From Chloroflexota bacterium (GTDB lineage: Bacteria; Chloroflexota; Limnocylindria; QHBO01): a stretch of DNA of 41,603 nucleotides. The notes below the pieces were generated by a model. That model searched no databases and was not told where the DNA came from. It saw only the letters and a program-made list of their open reading frames with translations. Shown here one piece after another: positions 15,857 to 23,967 of this stretch. The stretch lies in NCBI GenBank assembly GCA_005879775.1, contig VBJX01000001.1:12671-54273 (forward strand), given 5' to 3'. Position numbers and translations under genes: made by a program. The first letter of the stretch is position 1. Every line of letters begins with the position of its first letter.

Positions 15857-17906
15857 CGGCGAGCACCCTGGCCACGCCGGCCACGGGGCGCATGCGGGCC
15901 ACGATCCCGACGCCTTCCGACGCCAGTTCTGGGTCGTTCTCCTCCTGACGCTCCCGGTCGTGGCCTGGAGTCCAGAAGTGCAGATCTGGCTCGGGTACAC
16001 CGCCCCGGTCTTCCCGGGCTCGACGTGGATTCCACCGATCCTGGGAAGCGCCATCTTCCTGTACGGCGGCAGGGTCTTCCTCAATGGGGCGCGGTCAGAG
16101 CTGCGGGATCGGCTGCCGGGGATGATGACCCTGATCAGCCTGGCGATCGTCGTTGCGTTCATCGCCAGCTGGGCGGCCACCATCGGCATCTTCAGCGTCG
16201 ATGTCTGGTGGGAGCTCGCCACCCTGATCACGGTGATGAGCCTCGGCCACTGGCTCGAGATGCGCTCCATCATGCAGGCCCAGGGTGCGCTCGGCGCCCT
16301 GGCCGAGCTCCTCCCCGACTCCGCCGAGCGCCTGACTCCTGACGGCACCGAGATGGCGCCGCTCGACGCCCTTCGCGTTGGCGACGTGGTCCTGGTGCGA
16401 CCGGGCGGTCGCATCCCCGCCGACGGCGATGTGTCCGAGGGTGCGGCCGATGTCGACGAGTCGATGATCACCGGTGAATCGAGGCCGATTCCCAAGGAGC
16501 CGGGCTCGTCGGTCGTAGCGGGTACCGTCGCCGCCGATGGCAGCCTGCGGGTCCGCGTCACCGCGGTCGGGGACCAGACCGCGCTCTCCGGCATCATGCG
16601 GCTCGTCAGCGAAGCCCAGGCCTCGAACAGCCGGGCGCAAGTTCTGGCCGACCGGGCCGCGGCGCTCCTCTTCTTCGTTGCCTTGGGCGCCGGGATCCTG
16701 ACGCTCGCCGTCTGGATCGCGCTCGGCCAACCGGAGGAGGCCCTCATCCGGGCGGCGACGGTGCTGGTCATCGCCTGCCCGCACGCGCTCGGGCTGGCGA
16801 TCCCGTTGGTGATCGCGATCAGCACCACGCTCGGTGCTCGCAACGGCCTGCTCGTCAAGGACCGATTGGCGCTCGAACGGGCGCGCGAGCTGCAGGTGGT
16901 CATCTTCGACAAGACCGGCACGCTGACCCGAGGCGAGCCGCGGGTGGCAGCGGTGGCCTCGACCGGCATGGACGAGAGCGCCCTCCTCGCATTGGCGGCC
17001 GGGGTCGAGGCCGATTCCGAGCATCCCCTGGCTCGGGCTGTCGTGCGAGGGGCATTGGATCGAGGGATCGCCCCCAGCCGGGCGAACGACTTCGAATCGC
17101 TCCCCGGTCGCGGCACCCGCGCCACGATCGACGGACGCCAGGTTCAGGTGGGAGGGCCGGCACTCATGGCCGAGCTTGGCGTCGACGTCCCCGCCGAGCT
17201 GACCTCCACGACCGATGCCTGGGCCGCTCATGGCCAGACGGTCCTCCATGTCCTCGCCAATGGATCGGTCATCGGCGCACTCGCGCTCGAGGATGAGATT
17301 CGGCCCGAATCGGCTCAGGCTGTCCTGACGCTCCGTCGGATGGGGCTGCGGGTGGCGATGATCACCGGCGACGCCCAGTCGGTCGCCGACGCGGTCGCGC
17401 GGCAGATCGGGATCAATGAGGTCACGGCCCAGGTGCTCCCCGGCGATAAGGCCGCTGCCGTCCGGCAGTTCCAGGCGGGCGGGACGAGGGTGGCGATGGT
17501 CGGCGACGGAGTCAACGACGCTCCCGCGCTGGCCCAGGCCGATGTCGGAATCGCCATTGGCGCCGGGACCGACGTGGCCGTCGAGTCGGCCGGAATCGTG
17601 CTGGTCCGGGATGACCCTCGCGACGTGGCGGGCGCCATCGAGCTGAGCCGCGCGACCTACCGCAAGATGGTCGAGAACCTGGTCTGGGCGACCGGCTACA
17701 ACGCGATTGCCATTCCCGTCGCAGCCGGGCTGCTGGCGCCCATCGGCTTCATCTTGCCGATGAGCATCGGCGCCCTGGTCATGAGCGTCTCGACGATCGT
17801 GGTGGCGTTCAACGCTCAGCTGCTGCGCGGTGTCCGGCTGCGCCCCGACGAACCTTCACACCCGGGGGTGCCGCGCAGCCGCAGCGTGGCTCCGAGCGCG
17901 GAGTGA
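15732..17906 (+). CDS. copB: P1B-type copper-translocating ATPase, CopB-like (CPH motif, His-rich N-terminus)
   Basis: TGES (ITGESRP), transmembrane CPH (VIACPHALGLAIP), DKTGTLT, GDGVNDAPAL, and an N-terminal (MNHDAHAGHDMP)x3.5 His-rich domain. The start is set at ATG 15732. The track ORF begins at 15540, but the added 64 codons are low-quality. Confidence 0.9.
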   Translation: MNHDAHAGHDMPMNHDAHAGHDMPMNHDAHAGHDMPMNHDAHGEHPGHAGHGAHAGHDPDAFRRQFWVVLLLTLPVVAWSPEVQIWLGYTAPVFPGSTWIPPILGSAIFLYGGRVFLNGARSELRDRLPGMMTLISLAIVVAFIASWAATIGIFSVDVWWELATLITVMSLGHWLEMRSIMQAQGALGALAELLPDSAERLTPDGTEMAPLDALRVGDVVLVRPGGRIPADGDVSEGAADVDESMITGESRPIPKEPGSSVVAGTVAADGSLRVRVTAVGDQTALSGIMRLVSEAQASNSRAQVLADRAAALLFFVALGAGILTLAVWIALGQPEEALIRAATVLVIACPHALGLAIPLVIAISTTLGARNGLLVKDRLALERARELQVVIFDKTGTLTRGEPRVAAVASTGMDESALLALAAGVEADSEHPLARAVVRGALDRGIAPSRANDFESLPGRGTRATIDGRQVQVGGPALMAELGVDVPAELTSTTDAWAAHGQTVLHVLANGSVIGALALEDEIRPESAQAVLTLRRMGLRVAMITGDAQSVADAVARQIGINEVTAQVLPGDKAAAVRQFQAGGTRVAMVGDGVNDAPALAQADVGIAIGAGTDVAVESAGIVLVRDDPRDVAGAIELSRATYRKMVENLVWATGYNAIAIPVAAGLLAPIGFILPMSIGALVMSVSTIVVAFNAQLLRGVRLRPDEPSHPGVPRSRSVAPSAE

Positions 17907-17913
17907 GGGTCCG

Positions 17914-18180
17914 CTAGGGGGCCCCGTGCTTCGCCCCGGCGTGCGGAGGGTGGGCCGCCCATTCCTCAACCGCCCTGGCGAGGAGGACCATCAGTTGCGG
18001 GGCGTCGCCGGCGGGCAACTGAAACGTCCCGATGCATCGGTCGCCTTCCCACAAGCTCAGCACGACGAGATCAGCTTCGGCGTGCCACGTCGCCTTCAGG
18101 GAGCGGCCGCGGGCATCGACGAACCATCGGCTGCGCGGAGTCGGCAGGTCGACCAGCTCGCCCATGCGCGCAGCGTACAC
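17914..18180 (-). CDS. hypothetical 88-aa protein
   Basis: Plausible composition (MGELVDLPTPRSRWFVDARGRSLKATWHAEADLVVLSLWEGDRCIGTFQLPAGDAPQLMVLLARAV). The competing plus-strand ORF 17830..18219 is Arg/Gly/Ala junk. An alternative start is ATG 18165. Confidence 0.5.
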   Translation of the reverse strand: MYAARMGELVDLPTPRSRWFVDARGRSLKATWHAEADLVVLSLWEGDRCIGTFQLPAGDAPQLMVLLARAVEEWAAHPPHAGAKHGAP

Positions 18181-18215
18181 CCGGCAGCCGTCGCAACCCG
18201 GAGCGGATTTCGACG

Positions 18216-18572
18216 CTAGCGGTCGCGCTCGCGAAATTCCGCAATGCGGAACTCGACGAGCCTGGTGACGAGATCCGCTGGGAGTGGTCGATCGGCCTTG
18301 AAGTTGATGGTCCCCTTCCAGAGCCGATAGCCGCCGAGCTCTGCCTTGAACGCCTCGAGAGGCGCCTTTCCCGCGTACAGGGAGAGGTGGTCCTTGCCGG
18401 CGCCGAAGCCCACGAAGAATCGGCCATCGAGCTTGAACGCCGGCATCCCGTAGCTGATCCCCTCCTCGGCGTCCGGTGCGGCGGTCCGGATCTGGGCTCG
18501 AAGGCGTTCGAGTGCCCCGCGCTGAAGCTCCGGCACCCCGACCAGGTAATCGTCGATCGTTCGTGCCTTCAT
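18216..18572 (-). CDS. DUF1801 (YdhG-like) domain protein
   Basis: MKARTIDDYL...LERLRAQIRTAAPDAEEGISYGMPAFKLDGRFFVGFGAGKDHLSLY matches the YdhG/DUF1801 pattern. Confidence 0.75.
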   Translation of the reverse strand: MKARTIDDYLVGVPELQRGALERLRAQIRTAAPDAEEGISYGMPAFKLDGRFFVGFGAGKDHLSLYAGKAPLEAFKAELGGYRLWKGTINFKADRPLPADLVTRLVEFRIAEFRERDR

Positions 18573-18599
18573 CGGCCGAAGTCTATGGAACCAACGGCC

Positions 18600-19085
18600 T
18601 CAGCGGCGACGCAGTCGGAGGACGGGGATCTCGCGATCGGTCTTCGATCGGTATTTGTCGTACTCGGGCGCCTCGATCGCGATGCGTGCCCAAGCTGACT
18701 CGAGATCCACGCCAGCAAGCGTCTCAGCGCGCACCGGAACGCGGCGCTCGTCCGCAAACTCGATTGTCGCCTCCGGATGCCTGGCCAGGTTGTAGAGCCA
18801 GGCAGGGTGGCGAGCGGCCCCAGCGAGCGAGGCGATCACGAGCCATGTCGAATCCGACTCTTCGATGTAGCCGAGCAGCGCGGTCCGCGGCTGGCCAGAC
18901 CTGGCGCCGATCGTCTCCAGCACGAAGGTGTGGAGCCCGCCCTGGGTGCGCCCGCCGCGACGCCGGCGGAACTGGCGCAGCTGCATCCGGCTGGCGAGGC
19001 TGGCTAACCATCCAGGAAGCCGGGGAAACGGGACGCCGCGCGTCCCCCGCGGCGGGACATTGACGCTCATCTCACGATTCTCCAC
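18600..19085 (-). CDS. deazaflavin (F420)-dependent nitroreductase/DDN-family oxidoreductase
   Basis: LETIGARSGQPRTALLGYIEESDSTWLVIASLAGAARHPAWLYNLARHPEATIEF...REIPVLRL matches the PF04075 pattern. ATG 19070 is an alternative start. Confidence 0.8.
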   Translation of the reverse strand: MENREMSVNVPPRGTRGVPFPRLPGWLASLASRMQLRQFRRRRGGRTQGGLHTFVLETIGARSGQPRTALLGYIEESDSTWLVIASLAGAARHPAWLYNLARHPEATIEFADERRVPVRAETLAGVDLESAWARIAIEAPEYDKYRSKTDREIPVLRLRRR

Positions 19086-19228
19086 CCAGCGCGCCAGATA
19101 CTTCTTGCCTTGGGAAGAGCCTTAGCTGGCACGACATCCTCGCAGCGGGCGCGTGACCGGACCCGAACGTGGGTTCAGCGGCTGAGGTGCGGGCTGAGCA
19201 GACGCCGCTGATAGCGTAGCCTTCCACC

Positions 19229-19687
19229 GTGAGCCGGGAAGTCGAGGAATCGAACCGGCGCCTGTTGCGGGCCCGAGACGCCATGGACCGCGCCTACGCC
19301 GAGCCGCTCGACGTCCGCGCCGTGGCCGCGGTGGCCCACGTTTCCGAGGCGCACTTCATCCGCAGCTTCCGGGCCGTGTTCGGGGAGACTCCGCACCGAT
19401 ACCTGCAGCGCCGGCGGGTGGAGCGTTCGATGTTCCTCCTGCGCGAGACCGACCGCAGCGTGACGGACATCTGCCTCGACGTCGGCTTCAGCAGTCTCGG
19501 TACCTTCAGCCGCACCTTTCGTGAGATCGTCGGCGAGACGCCGTCGGTCTACCGCATAGGGAATGGGCCAATCGTGGCTCCCCATTGCGTTCAGCTGACG
19601 GCGATGCGACCGCGGGTGGGGGCGAACGAGGTCATCCAATCGAGCAGTTTCGGAGAAGCCACTGCCGCGGGAGCTCGCGTAGGGTGA
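19229..19687 (+). CDS. AraC-family transcriptional regulator (HTH-only type)
   Basis: Tandem HTH_18 pattern: LDVRAVAAVAHVSEAHFIRSFRAVFGETPHRYLQRRRVERSMFLLRETDRSVTDICLDVGFSSLGTFSRTFREIVGETPSVYR. GTG start. Confidence 0.85.
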   Translation: MSREVEESNRRLLRARDAMDRAYAEPLDVRAVAAVAHVSEAHFIRSFRAVFGETPHRYLQRRRVERSMFLLRETDRSVTDICLDVGFSSLGTFSRTFREIVGETPSVYRIGNGPIVAPHCVQLTAMRPRVGANEVIQSSSFGEATAAGARVG

Positions 19688-19715
19688 AGGTCACCTCGAC
19701 CGAAGGAGAAACGCG

Positions 19716-20147
19716 ATGATCACGAAGCTCAACGTGGCCTCGATCTACGTCCTCGACAAGGAGGAGGCGCTCGGCTTCTATGTCGACAAGCTTGGCCTCG
19801 AGAAGGGTAACGACGTCCGCCAGGGCGACTACCGCTGGCTGACGGTCCGCGTTCCGGGCCAGCCGGGTACCGAGATCTCGCTGGAGCAGCCGGGCCCGCC
19901 GCTGCACGACGAGGCGACCGCGGCACAGCTCCGCGAGCTCATCACCAAGGGCGCCCTCGGCGGCCTCGTCTTCGTCACCGACGATGCCCGCGGCCTGTAC
20001 GAGACCCTGAAGGCGCGCGGCGTCACCGACTTCACCCAGGAGCCCACCGAGCACTTCTACGGGACCGACATGGGCGTCCGCGATCCGTTCGGCAACGCGA
20101 TCCGGATCCTTCAGCAGGGAGATGTCCCCCAGGAGGCGACCGCCTGA
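19716..20147 (+). CDS. VOC-family (glyoxalase/bleomycin-resistance/dioxygenase) protein
   Basis: ASIYVLDKEEALGFYVDKLGLE...FVTDDARGLYETLKARGVTDFTQEPTEHFYGTDMGVRDPFGNAIRI. It lies immediately downstream of the AraC gene, a common pairing. Confidence 0.85.
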   Translation: MITKLNVASIYVLDKEEALGFYVDKLGLEKGNDVRQGDYRWLTVRVPGQPGTEISLEQPGPPLHDEATAAQLRELITKGALGGLVFVTDDARGLYETLKARGVTDFTQEPTEHFYGTDMGVRDPFGNAIRILQQGDVPQEATA

Positions 20148-20195
20148 AGCCAACAGCCTCGATTCACGCTCGAAATCGGGGCTCGAAGCGGAGGT

Positions 20196-20272
20196 TGGTA
20201 CCGCATACCGGATTCGAACCGGTGGTCTCCGCCTTGAGAGGGCGGTGTCCTAGGCCTCTAGACGAATGCGGC
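20196..20272 (-). tRNA. tRNA-Glu (anticodon CTC), CCA encoded
   Basis: Hand-folded: acceptor GCCGCAT/ATGCGGT (G1-U72 wobble), D stem GTCT/GGAC, anticodon stem CCGCC/GGCGG with loop CTCTCAA, T arm ACCGG-TTCGAAT-CCGGT, discriminator A, CCA. 77 nt. Confidence 0.85.
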
Positions 20273-20281
20273 ATGCGTCCC

Positions 20282-20320
20282 GGGCGGGCCCGAGTATAGC
20301 AACGGTCTCTCGGGCCGCCC
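20282..20320 (-). terminator. GC-rich hairpin between the ABC-2 permease stop and tRNA-Glu; overlaps a candidate tRNA promoter
   Basis: Stem GGGCGGGCCCGAG / CTCGGGCCGCCC (12 bp plus one bulged G) with a 14-nt loop and no U-tract. On the minus strand the same DNA reads TTGGGC (20322-20317), 18 nt, TATACT (20298-20293), ending 20 nt upstream of the tRNA 5' end. It may be a terminator, a promoter or both. Confidence 0.3.
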
Positions 20321-20342
20321 AACGAGCGGGTGGCCGCCGAGC

Positions 20343-21233
20343 TCAGTCGCGGTGGCGGAAGGCCTGGACCGCGAAGGCCAGGAAGACGACCCCGACTGCC
20401 AGCAGGATGAGCGCCTCGACCAGGATCGGCAGCGGGTTTCCGAAAAGGGTCAGTCCGAGCTTGTCGAGCGCGGCGTTCGGCACGCCGGCGCCGCCAAGGA
20501 CGACCCGTCGGATCGGGTCGATCCCGTAGCTGGCGATGTCGAGGCGGGTCAGCACCGTCATCCAGGCCGGCAGGCCCGACATGGGGAAGAGCGCGCCGGA
20601 GAGGAAGAAGATCGGCATCATCAGGAAGTTCATCACCATCTGGAAGCCCTGCATCGACTTCAGGCGGGCCGCGATCACCACCCCCAGCGCCGAGAGGGTG
20701 AAGGCCAGCAGGAAGACGAGCGGCACCAGCTCGATGATGCTCAGGAGGGTGAGCTTGACGCCGATGACGGGCGCCAGGACCAGCAGGATCAGCCCCTGGA
20801 CCATGGCCTGGGTGGCGCCTCCGAGGGCCTTGCCGATGGCCACCGCCGACCGATCGATGGGCGCCACCAGGATCTCCTTGAGGAAGCCGAATTCGCGGTC
20901 CCACACGATCGACATGGCGCCGAACATGGCGGTGAAGAGGACCGTCATGCTGATGACGCCGGGGAAGATGAACTGGGTATAGGTGAGCCCGCCGGAGGTG
21001 CCGGCGAAGCCTCCGCCCAGCGCCGAGCTGAGCCCGGTGCCGAAGATGAGCAGGTAGAGGAGCGGCTGGGCCAGCGAGGCGACGAGCCTGGTCCGATCCC
21101 TGACGTACCGCACCACGTCGCGGTACCAGATGATGTAGATCGCGCGCAGCGTGGCGCGGCCCACCCGGGGCCGTCGCGTCCCGGTTTCGCTCAGGCCGGC
21201 CCGCTGGCCGAGCAGCTGATCCTGTGTCGTCAT
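20343..21233 (-). CDS. ABC-2 type transporter permease (DrrB-like)
   Basis: Six-TM ABC-2 permease (IYIIWYRDVVRYVRDRTRLVASLAQPLLYLLIFG...). ATG 21233 overlaps the ATPase stop as ATGA (21230-21233). The track ORF extends to 21254. Confidence 0.9.
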   Translation of the reverse strand: MTTQDQLLGQRAGLSETGTRRPRVGRATLRAIYIIWYRDVVRYVRDRTRLVASLAQPLLYLLIFGTGLSSALGGGFAGTSGGLTYTQFIFPGVISMTVLFTAMFGAMSIVWDREFGFLKEILVAPIDRSAVAIGKALGGATQAMVQGLILLVLAPVIGVKLTLLSIIELVPLVFLLAFTLSALGVVIAARLKSMQGFQMVMNFLMMPIFFLSGALFPMSGLPAWMTVLTRLDIASYGIDPIRRVVLGGAGVPNAALDKLGLTLFGNPLPILVEALILLAVGVVFLAFAVQAFRHRD

Positions 21234-22222
21234 CGGCGTCCACCTCTTCCCCACATGCGGCCCATCATCCGCAGTTGATCCTTGGAGCTTGACTCTTCCT
21301 CACGGATGGCGTGTCCGGTGAGCTTGATGAACACGTCGTCCAGGCTTGGCCGGTGGAACGAGACCGAGGTCACCGGCACGCTCAGCTCGCGCACGAGCTG
21401 CGGGACGAAGCCGGCGCCATCGGCCACCTCGACCCGGACCGTTCCATTGTCGATCTGGGGCTCGAGGCTGAAGACCCGCCCGAGCTCTGCGGCCGCGGTC
21501 GCGCTGTCGGCGCTCGAGAAGGTGACGATGTCGCCACCGACCATCGCCTTGAGCTCATCGGGCGTGCCCAGTGCCACGATCTTGCCGCCGTCGATGATCG
21601 CGATCCGATCGCAGAACTCCGCCTCGTCCATGTAGTGGGTGGTCATGAAGATGGTGATCCCCGCTCGGCGGCGGAGCTCCTGGAGATAGCTCCAGATGTG
21701 GCGGCGTGTCTGCGGGTCGAGGCCCAGCGTCGGCTCGTCCAGGAAGAGGACGTGCGGGGTGTGGAGTACGCCACGCGCGATCTCGAGCCGCCGGCGCATA
21801 CCGCCCGAGAAGGTGCGTACCTGCGAGCCGGCCCGATCGGTCAGCTCGACCATCTCGAGCACCTCGTCGATCCGCTCCTTGCGCTGGGTGGCAGGCACGT
21901 CGTAGATGAAGGCGTGGAACTCCAGGTTCTGGCGCGCGGTCAGCTGGTCGTCGAGCGAGGGGTCCTGGAAGACGAGCCCGATGTTTGCGCGCACCTCGTC
22001 CGGATGCGCCACCACGTCCAGCCCGGCCACCGTGGCCCGTCCGGCGCTCGGCAGGAGGAGCGTGCAGAAGACGTTGATGGTCGTCGACTTGCCGGCCCCG
22101 TTGGGACCCAGGAAGCCGAAGACCTCGCCCGCCTTGACCTCCAGGTCGATCCCCTTGACCGCCTCGACCTCGCCGTAGCTTTTTACCAGCTGCTCAGCGG
22201 TGATGACCGCGTCGCCGGTCAC
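21230..22222 (-). CDS. ABC transporter ATP-binding protein (DrrA-like)
   Basis: Walker A GPNGAGKST, signature FSGGMRRRLEIARGV, Walker B LFLDEPTLGLD. Its GTG start overlaps the padR stop as GTGA (22219-22222). Confidence 0.9.
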   Translation of the reverse strand: MTGDAVITAEQLVKSYGEVEAVKGIDLEVKAGEVFGFLGPNGAGKSTTINVFCTLLLPSAGRATVAGLDVVAHPDEVRANIGLVFQDPSLDDQLTARQNLEFHAFIYDVPATQRKERIDEVLEMVELTDRAGSQVRTFSGGMRRRLEIARGVLHTPHVLFLDEPTLGLDPQTRRHIWSYLQELRRRAGITIFMTTHYMDEAEFCDRIAIIDGGKIVALGTPDELKAMVGGDIVTFSSADSATAAAELGRVFSLEPQIDNGTVRVEVADGAGFVPQLVRELSVPVTSVSFHRPSLDDVFIKLTGHAIREEESSSKDQLRMMGRMWGRGGRR

Positions 22223-22800
22223 TGCACCGCCTCCTTGTCGCGGCTCGCTGCCTGGAGCGGCTCGCCGTCGTCGTCTGCCAGCAGGCCGTAAATCCGGCGT
22301 CGGGCATCGATCAGGATCTCCCGCGCCTGTGCCTGGGCCTCTTCGGATCCGACCCGGCTCACCTGGATCGCGCCTCCGACCAGCTGTACCGCAAGGCGGC
22401 GCAGGTCCATCGATCGCTTTCCGCCGCGTGCGTCGAACCAGGGATGCCTGCGCAGCGGGCTCCGTTCGGCCTCGGCAGCGCCGGCCACCGTCAGGGTGTA
22501 GACGCGGCGTCCGTCCTGCTCCCGGCTGCGGACCATGCCTTCATCCTCGAGCTGCTGGAGGATCGGGTAGACCGATCCGGCGCTCGGGCGCCATCGGCCT
22601 CCGCTCAGCTGCTCGAGCTCCTGCATGACCTGGTAGCCGTGCATCGGTGCCTTGGCCAGGACAGCCAGAATGGCTGGCCTCACTCCGTGGCGAGCCATGG
22701 CGCGTCCGACGCGCAGCGGGTCGAAGATCTCGCGCAGCCGTGCACGATCCGCTCGGTTCATTGGGTCGACCATCTCGTGTTCCTGCTCTCGTGGCTTCAC
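22219..22800 (-). CDS. PadR-family transcriptional regulator
   Basis: Winged-helix PadR core: ILAVLAKAPMHGYQVMQELEQLSGGRWRPSAGSVYPILQQLEDEGMVRSREQDGRRVYTLT. Alternative starts are ATG 22773 and 22761. Confidence 0.85.
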   Translation of the reverse strand: MKPREQEHEMVDPMNRADRARLREIFDPLRVGRAMARHGVRPAILAVLAKAPMHGYQVMQELEQLSGGRWRPSAGSVYPILQQLEDEGMVRSREQDGRRVYTLTVAGAAEAERSPLRRHPWFDARGGKRSMDLRRLAVQLVGGAIQVSRVGSEEAQAQAREILIDARRRIYGLLADDDGEPLQAASRDKEAVQ

Positions 22801-22833
22801 GTCGTGTCACGATATATCGCGACACTATCGGCG

Positions 22834-23094
22834 TCAAGCGGTCCCTGTGTCGTCCGGGCCGGGTTCGTCATGCTCCTCGCGCGGTCGCGGCTCCTGCGCG
22901 GGCTCGGGCTCCTCCGCGGGCTCGGGCTCCTGCGCGGGCTCCGGCTGCTCAGGCTCCACCGGCTGCTCGGGCTCCTCCGGTGGCGGTACCGAGCCGAGCC
23001 TGGCCCTCAGATCGGAGAGGAGCGTCTCGCGGCGACGCTCCGCCTGTTCCCGCGCGGTCGCCTCGTCGCGCTCACGGTCGCGCTTGCGCTTCAT
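22834..23094 (-). CDS. hypothetical 86-aa protein: basic helical N-terminus plus acidic Pro/Glu-repeat tail
   Basis: An ATG ORF with G/C-rich third positions: MKRKRDRERDEATAREQAERRRETLLSDLRARLGS followed by (EPEPAQ/EPEPAE/EPEQPV)-type repeats. It has no clear SD and its low complexity makes the coding call tentative. Confidence 0.4.
   Translation of the reverse strand: MKRKRDRERDEATAREQAERRRETLLSDLRARLGSVPPPEEPEQPVEPEQPEPAQEPEPAEEPEPAQEPRPREEHDEPGPDDTGTA
22885..22980 (-). repeat. degenerate 18-bp tandem repeat (about 5 units)
   Basis: On the plus strand, GCGGGCTCGGGCTCCTSC-type units repeat head to tail, e.g. gcgggctcgggctcctcc / gcgggctcgggctcctgc / gcgggctccggctgctca. They are in frame with the 86-aa ORF. 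Confidence 0.85.
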
Positions 23095-23131
23095 GGCGAA
23101 CCGAACATGGCTGTGACCGATCCCCAGCGGC

Positions 23132-23964
23132 TCAGCGCGCCGTGCCGGCGGTCATGAGCGCGGCGACCATGGCATGGCGCCGCTCCTCGAGCCAGCCGAG
23201 CACCGAGCCGGCAACCTGCGGCCAGCTCTCCGAGCCCATCACCAGTCCGAAGTGGCTGGCTGACGGGAAGTACTCGTAGGTGGCTCCCAGCAGGTCAGCG
23301 GTGCGTCGCGCCTCGGCAGGATGGATGACGTCATCCAGGCCGGCGCCGATCACCAGGGTCGGGACCGAGATGAGCGAGGCATCGACCGGGACGCCCAGCA
23401 TCCGCTCGCGCCGGGCGCTGCCGGACTCGCGCGCGCCAGCGAGCATCTCCTGCATCTTTTCCAGCTCGTCGTCGTTCATGTCGGGCATCGCGTCAGCCAG
23501 GCGGTCCCATGGCTGCAGCCAGCCCCACCAGGTGGCGTCATAGACAGGAGGCACGGCCTTGAGCTCGTGCTCGGACGGCCTGCGCGGGAGCGCCCCGGCC
23601 GGCGGGGAGGGTGCCAGGAGGACGAGCCCCAGCACCCGGTTGCGCTCGGCGTAGAGCATTCCGGCCAGCGCGCCGATCCCAGCTGGCGGACGGCTATGCC
23701 GATATCGGTCGCGTAGTCGCGCATCGTCGTCTCGCCAAGGTCGGCGACGTCCGAGGTGTAGTGGCCCCTGAGGTTCATGGCGTGGGCTTCCCACCCGCGC
23801 TCGGCGAAATAGGCCCCGAAGCTCGACCAGAGCCACGACCCGGTCAAGGCGCCGTGGACGAGGAGGAGTGGAGGCTTGCGGCTGCGGCGCTCCGGCTGCT
23901 GGGTCTCGACGTAGATCCCCTCCGGCTCGATGTAGACCTCGTCGCGCTTGATGGCCTGGACCAC
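23132..23964 (-). pseudogene. alpha/beta hydrolase disrupted by a frameshift, with loss of the nucleophile-elbow segment
   Basis: Track ORF 23476..23964 gives a good N-terminal part (PPLLLVHGALTGSWLWSSFGAYFAERGWEAHAMNLRGHY...MRDYATDIGIAVRQLG) and then junk. Track ORF 23132..23836, in another frame, becomes good exactly there (IGALAGMLYAERNRVLGLVLLAPSPP...IGAGLDDVIHP...SASHFGLV). The frames join near 23677-23683. No GxSxG motif exists in any frame at the junction. Confidence 0.7.
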
Positions 23965-23967
23965 GGA

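Noticed and set aside
15722-17249. 467-aa and 384-aa minus-strand ORFs (15722..17125, 16095..17249)
   Set aside because: They are antisense shadow frames of the CopB P-type ATPase, which carries all canonical motifs on the plus strand.
14570-20272. tRNA-Arg to tRNA-Glu interval as a tRNA-bounded genomic island (carries copB, AraC/VOC, DDN-family genes)
   Set aside because: I could find no integrase, excisionase, transposase or direct repeat of a tRNA 3' end. Apart from one small ORF, codon usage looks native.
22444-23157. 237-aa plus-strand ORF with LLRGLGLLRGLG repeats
   Set aside because: It is a mirror reading of the 18-bp GC-rich repeat and is antisense to padR at its 5' end. No plausible start context or domain is present.
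23600-23720. Programmed ribosomal frameshifting as the explanation for the split hydrolase, and likewise for the aminotransferase at 33600-33630
   Set aside because: At both junctions conserved core residues are physically missing (the GxSxG elbow; the GFGRTG segment), not merely out of frame. I see no slippery heptamer or downstream pseudoknot-like structure.
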